Positions 9,232 through 20,161 are shown, counted from the stretch's first letter. The stretch: 64,000 nucleotides of DNA from Clostridiales bacterium DTU070 (GCA_001513105.1 LFSH01000059.1:11375-75374); one strand, 5' to 3'. Notes: generated by a model from the sequence alone, not told the origin. Numbers and translations: made by a program.

Positions 9232-10740
9232 TTATTTCAGTCCAAAAAACTCCGCGGCATCAAAGCCCTCATATGTATCGGTAATATCATTGACAGGCAT
9301 TATCTCAAGCATGTATAAGTGGTTGCACGGAATTGTCAGGTTCACATTATAGAAGCCGTTCTCCTCAATCAGCTTTGTATCTGTCTGAAGCGGCTCCGCT
9401 GATTTAAGCAGTATTTTCTTCTGCTCCCTGTTCAGGGTACGCGGTTTTCCAAGATTGCTCCATGTCTGCAGCGGGTTTGCATAATCCCCGCCCACCTGCT
9501 TCTTTATCAGAATTGCCTGCCGACCGATGGAAGGAATCGAAAGGGCGTACTCCCTGTCCGAACCTGCGCTGCCTGTCCTTGTATCATGCCAGTTCCAGCC
9601 GATGATAACATACCTTCGGTCATCCTTCGTGACAATCAGGTTCTCATCGCGGTAAAGCAGCTCTTTTCCGGCATTGGCGAAAAACTCAAAGGTATGGAAT
9701 ACCGGTTTTTTTATTGAATTAAGCGCAACCATGCCAAATCCGCCATGAAATAACGATCTTGGAACGTCATACTCCTCAAACACGTCACTAAAGGTCCAGT
9801 AGGAATAGGAATCGGCATATTCACCTGCCTCACTGAGAATCCGTGCAATGTAAGCTGCCTGGAAAGTTGTGTCATGAACTGCGGCAACAGGAACATAAGA
9901 GCTGCTGAATTCGGTGATATGAAGCGGCAGATTCGCAATCTGCGGATAGTCGGCCATTATTTTTCTTGTTTCTTTAAGCTCTTCTATCATATATGCAGGT
10001 TCGTAAACTTCATGGTATACGAACTGTCCCCTGCGGGTCGGCTCGCCCACCGTATAACAGTGCCGGCTTACAAAGTCCAGCGGAAGGTTATTGCCAATGC
10101 AATGTTCAAAAAAGGAACGCAGCCATTTTTCTGTTTCAATACCGCATATTACGGGCCCGCCGACTTTTATACGGGGATCAGCCCTTTTAACGGCTTTTGC
10201 TGAGTATTCATACAGTTTGAAATATTCCTCCATTGTTCCCGCCCAGAATGCAATATTGGGCTCATTCCAGACCTCGACAGGCCATGTAATGACCTCTTCC
10301 CTTCCGTACCTGTCTATAAGGTGATTCAATACAGCCTCAACAAGTTCAGCCCATTTCTCATACGAAACCGGCGGGGTTACATTTCCCTTCCAGTAGAATA
10401 TTGTCTGCTCTCCCGATTTCAGTTTTTCGGGCATAAAGCCCAGTTCCAGGAAGGGTCTGATGTTGTGCTCCAGGTAGGAGTCTATTATCCGGTCGAGGTA
10501 TGTGAAATTGTAAAATTTGCGCGAGGTTCCGTCCAGGTCTTCCTCGCGGTAGATCCCGACATCATCGCAGAACAATCCGTGACCGCGAATATATTTGAAA
10601 CCGATGTATTCCTGGACAACTTTCAAATGATCAATGTATTCTTTTTGCAGAGCCAGCCCTATTCTTCCTGTACCTACGCAATAAGTCGCATTGTTTTTAA
10701 AAGGCCTTCCTTTTGAAGGCACTTCTGTTTTTTTCAGCAT
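9232..10740 (-). CDS. xynB: GH39 beta-xylosidase (copy 1)
   Basis: YIRGHGLF, WNEPN (acid/base Glu), HITEF (nucleophile), YWTFSDVFEE; start 10740 or 10746 after GAGGAGG. Confidence 0.9.
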   Translation of the reverse strand: MLKKTEVPSKGRPFKNNATYCVGTGRIGLALQKEYIDHLKVVQEYIGFKYIRGHGLFCDDVGIYREEDLDGTSRKFYNFTYLDRIIDSYLEHNIRPFLELGFMPEKLKSGEQTIFYWKGNVTPPVSYEKWAELVEAVLNHLIDRYGREEVITWPVEVWNEPNIAFWAGTMEEYFKLYEYSAKAVKRADPRIKVGGPVICGIETEKWLRSFFEHCIGNNLPLDFVSRHCYTVGEPTRRGQFVYHEVYEPAYMIEELKETRKIMADYPQIANLPLHITEFSSSYVPVAAVHDTTFQAAYIARILSEAGEYADSYSYWTFSDVFEEYDVPRSLFHGGFGMVALNSIKKPVFHTFEFFANAGKELLYRDENLIVTKDDRRYVIIGWNWHDTRTGSAGSDREYALSIPSIGRQAILIKKQVGGDYANPLQTWSNLGKPRTLNREQKKILLKSAEPLQTDTKLIEENGFYNVNLTIPCNHLYMLEIMPVNDITDTYEGFDAAEFFGLK

Positions 10741-10886
10741 AAACATTATCCTCCTCTGCTCTCTCCTTACTGTATCTTTTCTGTAGCGTTTTTACAGTAA
10801 TTTCCCAGTCATTTTAAATCAGATCATTCGGCTGCACTTCAGAATACCGGGGCAATTATATCTAATTTCATGACATCAGAACTGCC

Positions 10887-11975
10887 CTACCTGTTACCTA
10901 TGAAATAGAAATAAAGCGCAATCAGGAGCAGTATGAAAACAGCAAAGGCAATTACCTTGATAACGCTTATCGGAGCCTTGCCTCTTACCAGCCCTGTCTG
11001 GCCGTTTACTACAAATTTATATATTTTGTCCTTGTACCTGTATGCCGCTATCCATATCGGAAGCAGGACATGCTTGAATGTCACGTCGGAATATGAGGTT
11101 CTTATTCTTAGGTTCCGCACCTCATCGGCATTAATCTGGTTCCTGATCATACTGTACAGTTCGGAACGTATTTCGGACTTTGCCTCGGTGAAGCCCTGTT
11201 CGAGCCCGATACTGTATTTTTCAGCACAAAAACCCGACAAGTACTCATTTTTATATGGAACCAGCTCATGCATATTAAAAGGTTCAAGCCTGTTTATCAG
11301 GTTTCTGCCCTCCTGGCTCGAAGCACAAACCAGTACATCATCGAAGAAATGCCTGTATGTACCTGATGTAGGATACCACCGGGTTTTTCTGACTCTTCTC
11401 TGTTCATAGCGGCCTTTGCCTGAAGAATCCTTTACATAAACCTTTTCGGTAACGTAATAATATATCCCCTTTTCAGCCGTGTAGAAGGAACTGGTGTCCG
11501 CATCGAATGTCCAGAACGGAATATATACACCCTGTATTTTCTCTTCTCTTGCGAGAGCTTTAAGATCATTAGGTGAAAAATACCGTTTTTTAAGCCATTC
11601 CTTAAACTTCTTTATCGCTGTCTGCTTGTCAACTTTAAAGGGAATAATGGACTCGGGTTTTATTACATCTTCATTTGACTGTGATCTTACATGTATTGAA
11701 CCACAAAAGGCACATTCTGCAGTTAACTGGCCAGCATTGATAATTGCCTCTGCACCGCAGCTGTCACAATGAATAACGACGGTTTTGCCTCCCCAGTCCC
11801 TGGATGCCGTTTCCCTTGCCTTTTCAATAGGATACTCCTTTATCACCGCGTCTCCGTCCGCTGTAAGATCAACCAAGTTACCGCAATATGGGCAGGAAAG
11901 GCATTGCTTTTCTACATCAAAAACCATGCTCGCGCCACAGCCCGGACACGGGAATTGCTGTGTTGCTTCACTCAT
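10887..11975 (-). CDS. Zinc-ribbon membrane protein, YdjG-like
   Basis: CPGCG..CPYCG and CDSCG..CAFCG ribbons, VNGQTG motif, C-terminal TM helix; GGAGG RBS; downstream of an SPFH gene. Confidence 0.7.
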   Translation of the reverse strand: MSEATQQFPCPGCGASMVFDVEKQCLSCPYCGNLVDLTADGDAVIKEYPIEKARETASRDWGGKTVVIHCDSCGAEAIINAGQLTAECAFCGSIHVRSQSNEDVIKPESIIPFKVDKQTAIKKFKEWLKKRYFSPNDLKALAREEKIQGVYIPFWTFDADTSSFYTAEKGIYYYVTEKVYVKDSSGKGRYEQRRVRKTRWYPTSGTYRHFFDDVLVCASSQEGRNLINRLEPFNMHELVPYKNEYLSGFCAEKYSIGLEQGFTEAKSEIRSELYSMIRNQINADEVRNLRIRTSYSDVTFKHVLLPIWIAAYRYKDKIYKFVVNGQTGLVRGKAPISVIKVIAFAVFILLLIALYFYFIGNR

Positions 11976-12066
11976 ATTCAAACCTCCAAAGTGAATTAAT
12001 CAGATCCCCCTGTTTTTATTCAAGTTTTCCCCAGATGACCGCACTTACTAATTCGGATGTTTCTGC

Positions 12067-13221
12067 TCAGTCTGCCACGGCTTTTCCGCATTCATTGCAG
12101 AATTTGGCCTGAACCGGTATTTTTGCCCCGCATTCGGGACAATTTTTTTCGGCAACCTGCGGAGCACCGCAGCTCATGCAGAACTTCGATCCCTTTGGTA
12201 TTTCAGCATTACATTTAACGCATGCCACGGTTTCAGCCACGACCGGTTTGCCGCAATTGGAACAGAATTTTGAATTTACGGCTATTGCAGTTCCGCAATG
12301 AGGACACAAGGCTTTTTCAGAAGCATTCGGGTTCTGTTGCACAGGTGAGAAGGTTTCCTTCATCATATTCCCAAGGAAGACTCCGGCGCCGATGGTAGTT
12401 CCGAGACCTGCCATTCCGCCTTCATTTGCCGCTGCAGTGTTTAAAGCTTTAAGAGTTTCTTTCTTTACATGCCTGTCGAATCCACCTATCAAATTATACT
12501 TCGCGCCTTCGCGGTAAGCCTCCATCAGCTCTTCGGGCATGGAGAAATCCTCTATCGCAAGGCTCATCATATCCATTCCGAGGGTTTCCAGTTTAGCCGA
12601 CAGGTTTTCCCTTACCTTATCCGCGAATTCAACCAGGTTTGCCTGCAGGTCGAAAAACGAGAGTTTCGATTCCGCCATTGTATCCTTTATATACTGAATA
12701 ATGTAGGAACGAAGCTGGGAGGCTATTTCACTGGTTTTAAGGCTTTCCTTCGTACCGAAAACCTCCCTCATGAATTTTGCAGGATCCGATACCTTGAATG
12801 AATATGTACCTCTTGCCCTGACTTCGATCTGTCCGAACATCGGATCAAGCATGGGTACCGGTGACTGCGTACCCCATTTCTGATCAAGAAACTGCTTTGT
12901 ATTGACAAAATATACTTCGGCCTTGAACGGCGAGTTGAAGCCATATTTCCAGGACTGAAGTTTGGTCATGACCGGCATGTTGTTGGTTGACAGTTCATAC
13001 AGCCCGGGTCCGAAAACATCGGCAAGTTCTCCCTGGTTAACAAACACTGCGGCCTGGGATTCCCTTACGGTAAGCATGGCACCCATCTTTATTTCCTTGT
13101 TCGCTACAGGAAAGCGGTATATAACTGTATCCATGCTTGAATCCGTCCATTCAATTACTTCAATAAGCTGGTTTTTAATGAAATTCTTTATGCCCGACTT
13201 TAAATTATCCTTTAAGCCCAT
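12067..13221 (-). CDS. SPFH/band-7 domain protein with three C-terminal zinc ribbons, YdjI-like
   Basis: LTVRESQAAVFVNQG, GPGLYELSTNN, KWGT motifs; three CxxC...KFCxxCG ribbons. Confidence 0.82.
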   Translation of the reverse strand: MGLKDNLKSGIKNFIKNQLIEVIEWTDSSMDTVIYRFPVANKEIKMGAMLTVRESQAAVFVNQGELADVFGPGLYELSTNNMPVMTKLQSWKYGFNSPFKAEVYFVNTKQFLDQKWGTQSPVPMLDPMFGQIEVRARGTYSFKVSDPAKFMREVFGTKESLKTSEIASQLRSYIIQYIKDTMAESKLSFFDLQANLVEFADKVRENLSAKLETLGMDMMSLAIEDFSMPEELMEAYREGAKYNLIGGFDRHVKKETLKALNTAAANEGGMAGLGTTIGAGVFLGNMMKETFSPVQQNPNASEKALCPHCGTAIAVNSKFCSNCGKPVVAETVACVKCNAEIPKGSKFCMSCGAPQVAEKNCPECGAKIPVQAKFCNECGKAVAD

Positions 13222-13364
13222 AACCACTCTCACCCTTTACTAAAAATATATTTATAGCTTATTTTAGCAAATATTTGCAATAATTAAAATATCCCCTGCT
13301 GATTTATATACAAAATTTCAGGATAATTTATTACAGATAAAGGAACAGTGCGGGATGTTTCCGC

Positions 13365-13402
13365 AAAAAGGGCGCATGCATTATAAACAATACATGCGCC
13401 TT
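13365..13402 (-). terminator. Terminator downstream of the MCP gene
   Basis: ggcgcatg/catgcgcc stem preceded by aaaaa. Confidence 0.6.
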
Positions 13403-13574
13403 CGGCTTATCAATATTGTTTACAACGAAGCCGGCATGAAAATCATTGACTTACCCAGGTACCAAAAGGCTGTTTTCCCGCCTGTTTTTATTGCAGGCTG
13501 AAACAGGCGGGTAAGTCTTCAATGCCAAAAAAACAGGCCGGGTTTTGATGTAAAAATACACAAATTTCATATCC

Positions 13575-15704
13575 CTAATCCAGCTTAAACCTGCTGATGC
13601 TTTCCTGCAGTTCGGAAGCAATTCTCTTCAGTTCATCAGCTTTACCGTAAAGATCCTCAATGATACTCACCTGTTCTTCGGCAGACGCGGTAACCTCTTC
13701 CGAGAAAGCTGCAGTTTCCTCTGTTACGGCTGAGATATTCTGAATTGATTCTATTGCCTGGTCTTTTTTCGATTCCATTTCATAAATCATATGAATAATC
13801 TGTTCAACCTTTTCCGAAAGAGCATTCATGGAGTCCATAATATTCTGAAAAACACTGACAGTCCTCCTGACAGCTGCGTTTTGAGAATTAACAATGGTTT
13901 CTGTTTCAGCGGCTTTTTTCACGGTACTTTCGGTCTTGTCCTGGGTACGCTTGATTATTTCCGAAATTTCACGTGCAGCCTGCATGGATTGCTCTGCAAG
14001 TTTTCTCACCTCATCTGCCACAACAGCAAAGCCTCTGCCCATATCACCCGCCCGGGCCGCCTCAATCGCCGCATTAAGAGCAAGCAGGTTGGTCTGATCG
14101 GCTATGTTTCCAATTACTTTAATTATTTTCCCAATGGATTTTGAATTAAGATCCATTTCCTGGATATCAGAGATAATTTCCCTTGATATTGCAGTGGTTT
14201 CATTGGCCTTGTTTTCCAGATCGTTTACGGCTATAATTCCCGTATCGGTCAGTTGTATCGTATCCCTTGCCAGTTGATCCATTTCCTTTATATTGTGCGC
14301 TACAACATTGATCTTTTCAGCCAGTTCACTGATTCTGCCAACCCCTTTTTCTGCATCCTCCGCTTGGTAAGCAGCCCCAACGGTTACCTCCTGGATTGCT
14401 TTTGAAATTTCACCGCTGACCGCTGACGCATGGCCCGAAATATCGGATACAACATTTGCGGATGAGTACACTTTTTCGGAAACAGCCTTAGTTTGTTCAA
14501 TCAATACCCTCATGCTGGATATCATTGAGTTAATACTGACGGTAAGTTTCCCGAACTCGTCCTTCCTTCCGGATGCAATGCCTGTTGAAAGATCACCCGA
14601 AGCTGCCCTTTCAGAAACATCCAGAATCCGGTTAATAATTCTTCTCATACTGTTTGCCATGAAATACCCCGTTGCAAGGGCAATGATAACTGCTGCGGCC
14701 ACCATAACAACCGTCGTCGCAATAACGGTTTCGGCCGCTGAATAGAGCTCGCTCTTAGGAATCATACCCATCAGTATAATTCCCGTATCGGCTATTTTAT
14801 AATAGGAGACGAGGAATCCCGAATCCTGGTGCGTAACAAATTTCGTTCCGGCTTGCCCGGTACTTCTCTGTATATTTATGAAAAACTCCTGGTTCATGAT
14901 ATCTGAGTTTTCTACAGTTTCTCCGTTAAGAATAACTTTACCGTCCGGGGTTATTATATATATCTGTCCGTTCTCGCCGAGATCAATCCCCGAAACAAGT
15001 TCAGTAACGGCTTCAGGCTTCAGGTCTATTACAAGCAGACCGATTATTTCTCTCGATACAAGATTACGCACCAGTTTCATATATGTAAGTGAATAGTTTT
15101 TTATTGTATTATCATTAACGGTGTCATATTCCCTGTGCCAGCCAAACCAAAGCCCTCTGGCCGGATCCTCTTTTAAGACCTCAACAAAACCCGCCCCTTC
15201 TATCTCGCCGTATGTAGTGGTGGTATAAAATGAAGAACAGGATTCCACGCCTGACAGAATCATAACTGAGGATATGTTTGAGTTAAATGTTACAGCCGAG
15301 ACTATCCTGTTATTAACCTTCTCTTCGGTCTGGGCCTTCAATCTCACATCATTTATGTCGTCCTTACGCCATTTTTTTGTGAAATAAGTCTGAACATCCA
15401 CATCGGTGCAAATTTGATCAGCCTGGGTCTGTACGGTTTCCAGCAATAAGCCCAGGTATTTCCCGCTGTTTTCCATGGCGGTTTCCGACGACTGGGTAGC
15501 AAGCTCTGTTACAGTACCCGAAGTATTCAGATAAGAAACAATGCCGAATATTATGATCAGAATTACCGGAACGAGGAATGCAAGTATCAGTTTTGCCCTT
15601 ATGCTTCCGGCTATTACCAAGCGGGACGCAGCTTTCCGGATAAAAGCCCTTAACCCCCTTTGTTTTGCAACAGCTGTTTCCTGAAATCTGTTAATGGTAT
15701 TCAT
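13575..15704 (-). CDS. Methyl-accepting chemotaxis protein (Cache-like sensor, HAMP, MCP signal)
   Basis: Two TM helices, HAMP (GDLS...RKDEFGKL), hairpin-tip motif [38 protein letters not shown]. Confidence 0.93.
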   Translation of the reverse strand: MNTINRFQETAVAKQRGLRAFIRKAASRLVIAGSIRAKLILAFLVPVILIIIFGIVSYLNTSGTVTELATQSSETAMENSGKYLGLLLETVQTQADQICTDVDVQTYFTKKWRKDDINDVRLKAQTEEKVNNRIVSAVTFNSNISSVMILSGVESCSSFYTTTTYGEIEGAGFVEVLKEDPARGLWFGWHREYDTVNDNTIKNYSLTYMKLVRNLVSREIIGLLVIDLKPEAVTELVSGIDLGENGQIYIITPDGKVILNGETVENSDIMNQEFFINIQRSTGQAGTKFVTHQDSGFLVSYYKIADTGIILMGMIPKSELYSAAETVIATTVVMVAAAVIIALATGYFMANSMRRIINRILDVSERAASGDLSTGIASGRKDEFGKLTVSINSMISSMRVLIEQTKAVSEKVYSSANVVSDISGHASAVSGEISKAIQEVTVGAAYQAEDAEKGVGRISELAEKINVVAHNIKEMDQLARDTIQLTDTGIIAVNDLENKANETTAISREIISDIQEMDLNSKSIGKIIKVIGNIADQTNLLALNAAIEAARAGDMGRGFAVVADEVRKLAEQSMQAAREISEIIKRTQDKTESTVKKAAETETIVNSQNAAVRRTVSVFQNIMDSMNALSEKVEQIIHMIYEMESKKDQAIESIQNISAVTEETAAFSEEVTASAEEQVSIIEDLYGKADELKRIASELQESISRFKLD

Positions 15705-15829
15705 AACAATCCCCTTTTCAGTGTATTCTTTGTATCAGACTCCGATAATTCTGAGTAAGATAACAAAAATCGCTGCCGCACTCAGCTGTAAAAATCCGGC
15801 ATCCTAAGCAGGTCTCCGATCTTATGGAA

Positions 15830-17359
15830 CTACTGAGATGACCGTTTAAAATACTGCCTGACCAGGAAATTCATCAGTTCACCCGGCTGTTCCCTGACAA
15901 ATTCGGCTTTGTCGGCAAACAGCATGCCAAAAGGCGCTTCAACGGTATAGGGTTCCCATCGCGGCATTTCTTCTCCCGTTGAATCCGTTCCGTTCGGGTC
16001 TCCGGACTTGATAAAGTTTGCCCAGTAGTTGCACATTTGTCGTGCCAGATCATAGTGCTTTCCAACAAACGGTCTCCAGCACTTCGCAAGGGTTTCGAAA
16101 GTAAACCACAAGTCTACGGAATGGAAAGCTCCGGGATTGTCCCACCCCGGGATTTCTGCATCAAAATTGTAATAATAAACAGGCACCTTTGAACCCGTAT
16201 TGAAATTAGCCTGTGCAGCAACCCGGATTCCATATTCGATTGAGTTGACGGAGGCCTTTTTGACAATATCATCAAGACTGCTGTCATTAAACCCGCAGAT
16301 TTCAAGAAATTCGTCAGCATCTTCACCGAACAGTTCAACCGCCATATCCTTAAACTCTTCCTTGCTCTTTACGACAGGAGCAGCAATAAATTCGGAAGAA
16401 GTATGACCCATCAGCAGCGGAACCTGCCAGCGCTTATTCTCAATAAAAAGTTTAAAGGAGTTTCCGGTACAGAAATTTCCGTCCACTACGGGACACCAGA
16501 ATTGATTGTATTCAAGTGTTTTTTTAAGCACGTACTCCGCATCCAGTTCCCGTGCTTCTTTTAATGAACGGACGCCAAGGAATTCGAAAAACTTAACCCC
16601 TTCCTGCTCTGCTTCATCCAAAGTAAGGTTAAACCGCGGAGGCATCATATTATTTGGGTAAGTCGGGGCAAAAACGCCGCTTTGAATAATTGCCCGCTGA
16701 AACAATCCTTCGTTCTTCGGTGAAGTCAGATGGCACAATACGCTGCCGCCGCCTGCAGACTGGCCTCCTATTGTAATATTGCCGGGATCCCCGCCGAATG
16801 CGGCAATATTCCTTTTAACCCAGCGCAGCCCCGCCTGCTGGTCAAGCAAACCGAAATTTGCGGGAGCCTCAGGCGCCTCTGCCGTAATTTCGGGGTGGCA
16901 AAGGAAACCAAAGGTGTTAAGCCTGTAATTAACGGTTACCACAACGACACCGCGCCGTGCTATGCGTTCGCCGTCAAATTCCATCTCAGACGTATACCCA
17001 ACCTGGAAACCGCCTCCAAAGAACCATACGAATACAGGCAGCTTTTCATCGGGACTGTTTGCCGGCGTCCATACATTAAGGTAAAGACAATCCTCACTCA
17101 TCGGGATGTCGGGGTCAACATGCCATTCCCTTGTATATATGTTGTCCTTGTCATGAACGGTTAGTGCCTGCATCGAAATCGGAGCAAACTCATAGGCATT
17201 TAATACTCCTTCCCAATCCTTTGCAGGCTGGGGAGCTCTCCAGCGATTTTCACCGACCGGAGGAGCGGCAAAGGGAATTCCCCGAAAACTAGTTATGCGC
17301 GGATCTGTGGCAGGCAGTCCTCTTACTAAACCATTTTCAGTTTTCGCTACTCTGAGCAT
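15830..17359 (-). CDS. Type-B carboxylesterase (PnbA-like)
   Basis: FRGIPFAAPP, SEDCLYLNVW, GGGF oxyanion motif, GQSAG nucleophile, GAFH catalytic His; start MLRVA with AAGGAG RBS. Confidence 0.9.
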   Translation of the reverse strand: MLRVAKTENGLVRGLPATDPRITSFRGIPFAAPPVGENRWRAPQPAKDWEGVLNAYEFAPISMQALTVHDKDNIYTREWHVDPDIPMSEDCLYLNVWTPANSPDEKLPVFVWFFGGGFQVGYTSEMEFDGERIARRGVVVVTVNYRLNTFGFLCHPEITAEAPEAPANFGLLDQQAGLRWVKRNIAAFGGDPGNITIGGQSAGGGSVLCHLTSPKNEGLFQRAIIQSGVFAPTYPNNMMPPRFNLTLDEAEQEGVKFFEFLGVRSLKEARELDAEYVLKKTLEYNQFWCPVVDGNFCTGNSFKLFIENKRWQVPLLMGHTSSEFIAAPVVKSKEEFKDMAVELFGEDADEFLEICGFNDSSLDDIVKKASVNSIEYGIRVAAQANFNTGSKVPVYYYNFDAEIPGWDNPGAFHSVDLWFTFETLAKCWRPFVGKHYDLARQMCNYWANFIKSGDPNGTDSTGEEMPRWEPYTVEAPFGMLFADKAEFVREQPGELMNFLVRQYFKRSSQ

Positions 17360-17500
17360 GATTTTACTCTCCTTTCCGATGTTTGTTACGGGCATTCGCC
17401 GGCAGCGGTTCCTGCCCGGAAGTGATGATACTTTTTGATATACTTGGCAAGAGGATAAAAAGACTATGTCAATTACTATATTAATATATAAGCCCGATCG

Positions 17501-17515
17501 TGTAAATCGTTTTAC
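17501..17515. promoter_or_regulatory. LacI-type near-palindrome in the divergent esterase/LacI intergenic region
   Basis: TGTAAATCGTTTACA resembles CG-centred LacI/cre operators. Confidence 0.45.
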
Positions 17516-17683
17516 ATGATTTTTTTCAGTCCACGCAAAAAAATTTGCAGAGTTAAGAGAATTTTGCTTTTTTTCATCCGAATTATTTAGTATAATATTA
17601 TGCGAGATTGATTTTACATCATACGAAAGTCGGAAAATTGCCCGAAAAGCAGCAGAAACAGGTTATAGAAGGGCTGCTGCAAT

Positions 17684-17697
17684 GTAAAAGGTTTTAT
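17684..17697 (+). promoter_or_regulatory. Putative operator GTAAAAGGTTTTAT upstream of the LacI gene
   Basis: Same motif at 19082-19095 and, reverse-complemented, at 30081-30094. Confidence 0.6.
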
Positions 17698-17707
17698 CAA
17701 TTATACA

Positions 17708-18802
17708 GTGAAAGGATTTGAGAGCTTGACACTGAAAGAAATAGCCCAACTGTGCGATGTTTCAATCAGTACCGTATCGAACATACTGAACGGCAAGCCG
17801 AACGTCAGCGAGAAAACAAGGCAAAAAGTGCTTGAAGTCGTGCGTCAGACCGGCTTTCAGCCGAATTATTTTGCCCAGGGTATTCGTAAGCAAAAAAACA
17901 GGATCATCGGGATCATTGTTGAGGATTTGAACCTGTTCAGTACGGCTCCGATTGTCGGGGCAATTATGGCATGCTGCGAGGAGCATGATTACCGTACTGT
18001 ACTGATAGACATGCGTTTGTACGGTAAATGGCAAGACACCTGGTATAACGATGAGCAGAAATATAACTCGGTTCTTCAGCCATCACTTAAGGAGTTGTTG
18101 TCAATCAAGGTTGACGGTGCTGTATATGTTGCCGGGCACTGCAGGATTATTAAATGTTTTCCCGATGATTTCAGGATTCCCGGTATTGTTGTATATGGCA
18201 TATCAGGTTCACCAAAATTCGCATCAGTCGTGATTGATGACACCAGGGGCGGATATGACATAGGAAAATACCTTATTTCTATGGGACATCGCAAAATCGG
18301 CGTTATTGCAGGTACTGCTGATAACCTGCATACAATCAAGCGTCTGGCGGGTTTCCAGAAAGCGCTGTACGAAGAGCAGATCCTGTTCAATCCTGACCTC
18401 GTCAGATATGGAGACTGGATGAGGTCTTCCGGGTACATAGCGGCCGAAAGCCTGTTAAAAGAAGATATTACCGCCGTTTTCTGCATGAATGACTTAATGG
18501 CCGTAGGGTTCTATGACTACCTGTATGAAAAGGGTATCAGGATAGGTGAGGATATTTCAGTAGTCGGATATGACAACAAGGAAATTGCCGAATGCATCAA
18601 GCCCGGCCTTACAACCAATGAGATTCAGCTGGACAGAATAGGACAGGAAGCCGCAAAAAGAATGATAAAAATGCTTGATGAGGACTATGAGCCTAACGGG
18701 TCCGGAGAAATCATCGAAATACCATGCAAACTGATTATTCGCGAATCCGTAAAGAATTTAGACCGAACCGCATACGATGAAAATTCTGAATCCGGCAGCT
18801 GA
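17708..18802 (+). CDS. LacI-family transcriptional regulator
   Basis: TLKEIAQLCDVSISTVSNILNG HTH, PNYFAQG hinge, ISVVGYDN, PGLTT. Confidence 0.93.
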   Translation: MKGFESLTLKEIAQLCDVSISTVSNILNGKPNVSEKTRQKVLEVVRQTGFQPNYFAQGIRKQKNRIIGIIVEDLNLFSTAPIVGAIMACCEEHDYRTVLIDMRLYGKWQDTWYNDEQKYNSVLQPSLKELLSIKVDGAVYVAGHCRIIKCFPDDFRIPGIVVYGISGSPKFASVVIDDTRGGYDIGKYLISMGHRKIGVIAGTADNLHTIKRLAGFQKALYEEQILFNPDLVRYGDWMRSSGYIAAESLLKEDITAVFCMNDLMAVGFYDYLYEKGIRIGEDISVVGYDNKEIAECIKPGLTTNEIQLDRIGQEAAKRMIKMLDEDYEPNGSGEIIEIPCKLIIRESVKNLDRTAYDENSESGS

Positions 18803-18827
18803 TAACCGGTCTGCTGCCGGATTTTTT
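18789..18827 (+). terminator. Terminator after the LacI gene
   Basis: aatccggcagc / gctgccggatt followed by tttt. Confidence 0.7.
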
Positions 18828-19045
18828 CTTCTGTTCACTTTTACAGCAATAATCCTGAAGTTATATATATCACACGTAAATATTATATATTATTTGCCTG
18901 AATATCAGCATCCCCTTGCCGCTTTATATAAAACGATTGACTGAATTTTCAGCTGGGAATTTCCTTGAATGTATATTATTAACATTTTACGGTATAGTTC
19001 TCCATGGTTTTTGTGCAAAATACACAACAATTTTGGCCAACCTGA

Positions 19046-19095
19046 TTGACACTGATTACATAATCCTATATAATAGATTTAGTAAAAGGTTTTAC
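19046..19095 (+). promoter_or_regulatory. Sigma-A promoter with downstream operator for ABC operon 1
   Basis: TTGACA (19046-51), 17 bp spacer, TATAAT (19069-74), then GTAAAAGGTTTTAC (19082-95). Confidence 0.8.
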
Positions 19096-19210
19096 CAAGG
19101 TTTTTCATAAAAAATACATGACGCCGATAATTGCATTGAATCAACTGAAACCTTGAATTTGATGTTCCAACCCGGAAGTAAAAGTCAAAGTGCAAAGTGA
19201 GGCAGGCAAT

Positions 19211-20131
19211 ATGGGCAAAATCTATAACAGAAAAAAAGCAAGAGCTTACCGTGAATTCCTTTATATTCTACCTTTCTTAATTCTGGTTCTCATTTTCTCC
19301 TATTATCCGCTTTATGGATGGGTATATGCATTTTTTGATTATAAACCGCCTTTTCCGCTGACCATGGACAGGTTTGTCGGTTTCAAGTGGTTTAAATCAA
19401 TTGCCGACAGTCCCACGAAGATAAACCAGATACTTAAAGTCCTCAGAAACACGTTTGCGATCAGCGGCCTGAGCCTATTTTTCTCGTGGGTTCCGATGGC
19501 ATTTGCAATACTTTTGAATGAGATAAAAAGCAAGGGTTACAGAAAAATAGTCCAAACAGTCACCACTCTTCCGAATTTTATAAGCTGGGTTCTTGTGTAT
19601 TCAATTGCTTTCAACGTTTTGTCCAGCACCGGGGCTGTCAATTCCATTTTAATGAGCCTTGGCGTTATTGACACTCCTATTTTGTTTCTCCAGTCTTCAA
19701 AACATGTCTGGTTCAGGATGTGGTTATGGCTTACATGGAAAAATGCAGGCTGGGCAGCTATTATGTATATTGCCGCACTGACCGGTATTGATGAGGAAAT
19801 GAATGAGGCCGCAAGAATTGACGGTGCATCAAGAATTCAGATTATCTGGCATATCACGCTTCCAAGCCTTCTGCCTACATATTTTGTGCTGGTAATGCTG
19901 AACCTCGCAAACTTCCTTTCAAACGGCATGGAACAATTCTATGTCTTCCAGAATTCATTCAACAAGGAATACATCCAGGTTCTGGATCTGTACGTATATA
20001 ATATTGCGATGGGTAACGGCGGATATTCACTTTCGGTTGCAATAAGCATCCTGAAGAGTATTGTCAGCCTTATACTTTTATGTGTTACCAACGCCTTTTC
20101 CAAGCTGGTCAGGGGCGAAGGCTTTATTTAG
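19211..20131 (+). CDS. Oligosaccharide ABC permease (LplB-like)
   Basis: TLPNFISWV, EAA loop EAARIDGASR; track start 19190. Confidence 0.9.
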   Translation: MGKIYNRKKARAYREFLYILPFLILVLIFSYYPLYGWVYAFFDYKPPFPLTMDRFVGFKWFKSIADSPTKINQILKVLRNTFAISGLSLFFSWVPMAFAILLNEIKSKGYRKIVQTVTTLPNFISWVLVYSIAFNVLSSTGAVNSILMSLGVIDTPILFLQSSKHVWFRMWLWLTWKNAGWAAIMYIAALTGIDEEMNEAARIDGASRIQIIWHITLPSLLPTYFVLVMLNLANFLSNGMEQFYVFQNSFNKEYIQVLDLYVYNIAMGNGGYSLSVAISILKSIVSLILLCVTNAFSKLVRGEGFI

Positions 20132-20161
20132 CCAATAATCGTCAGTCAGGGGGATCTTGTT

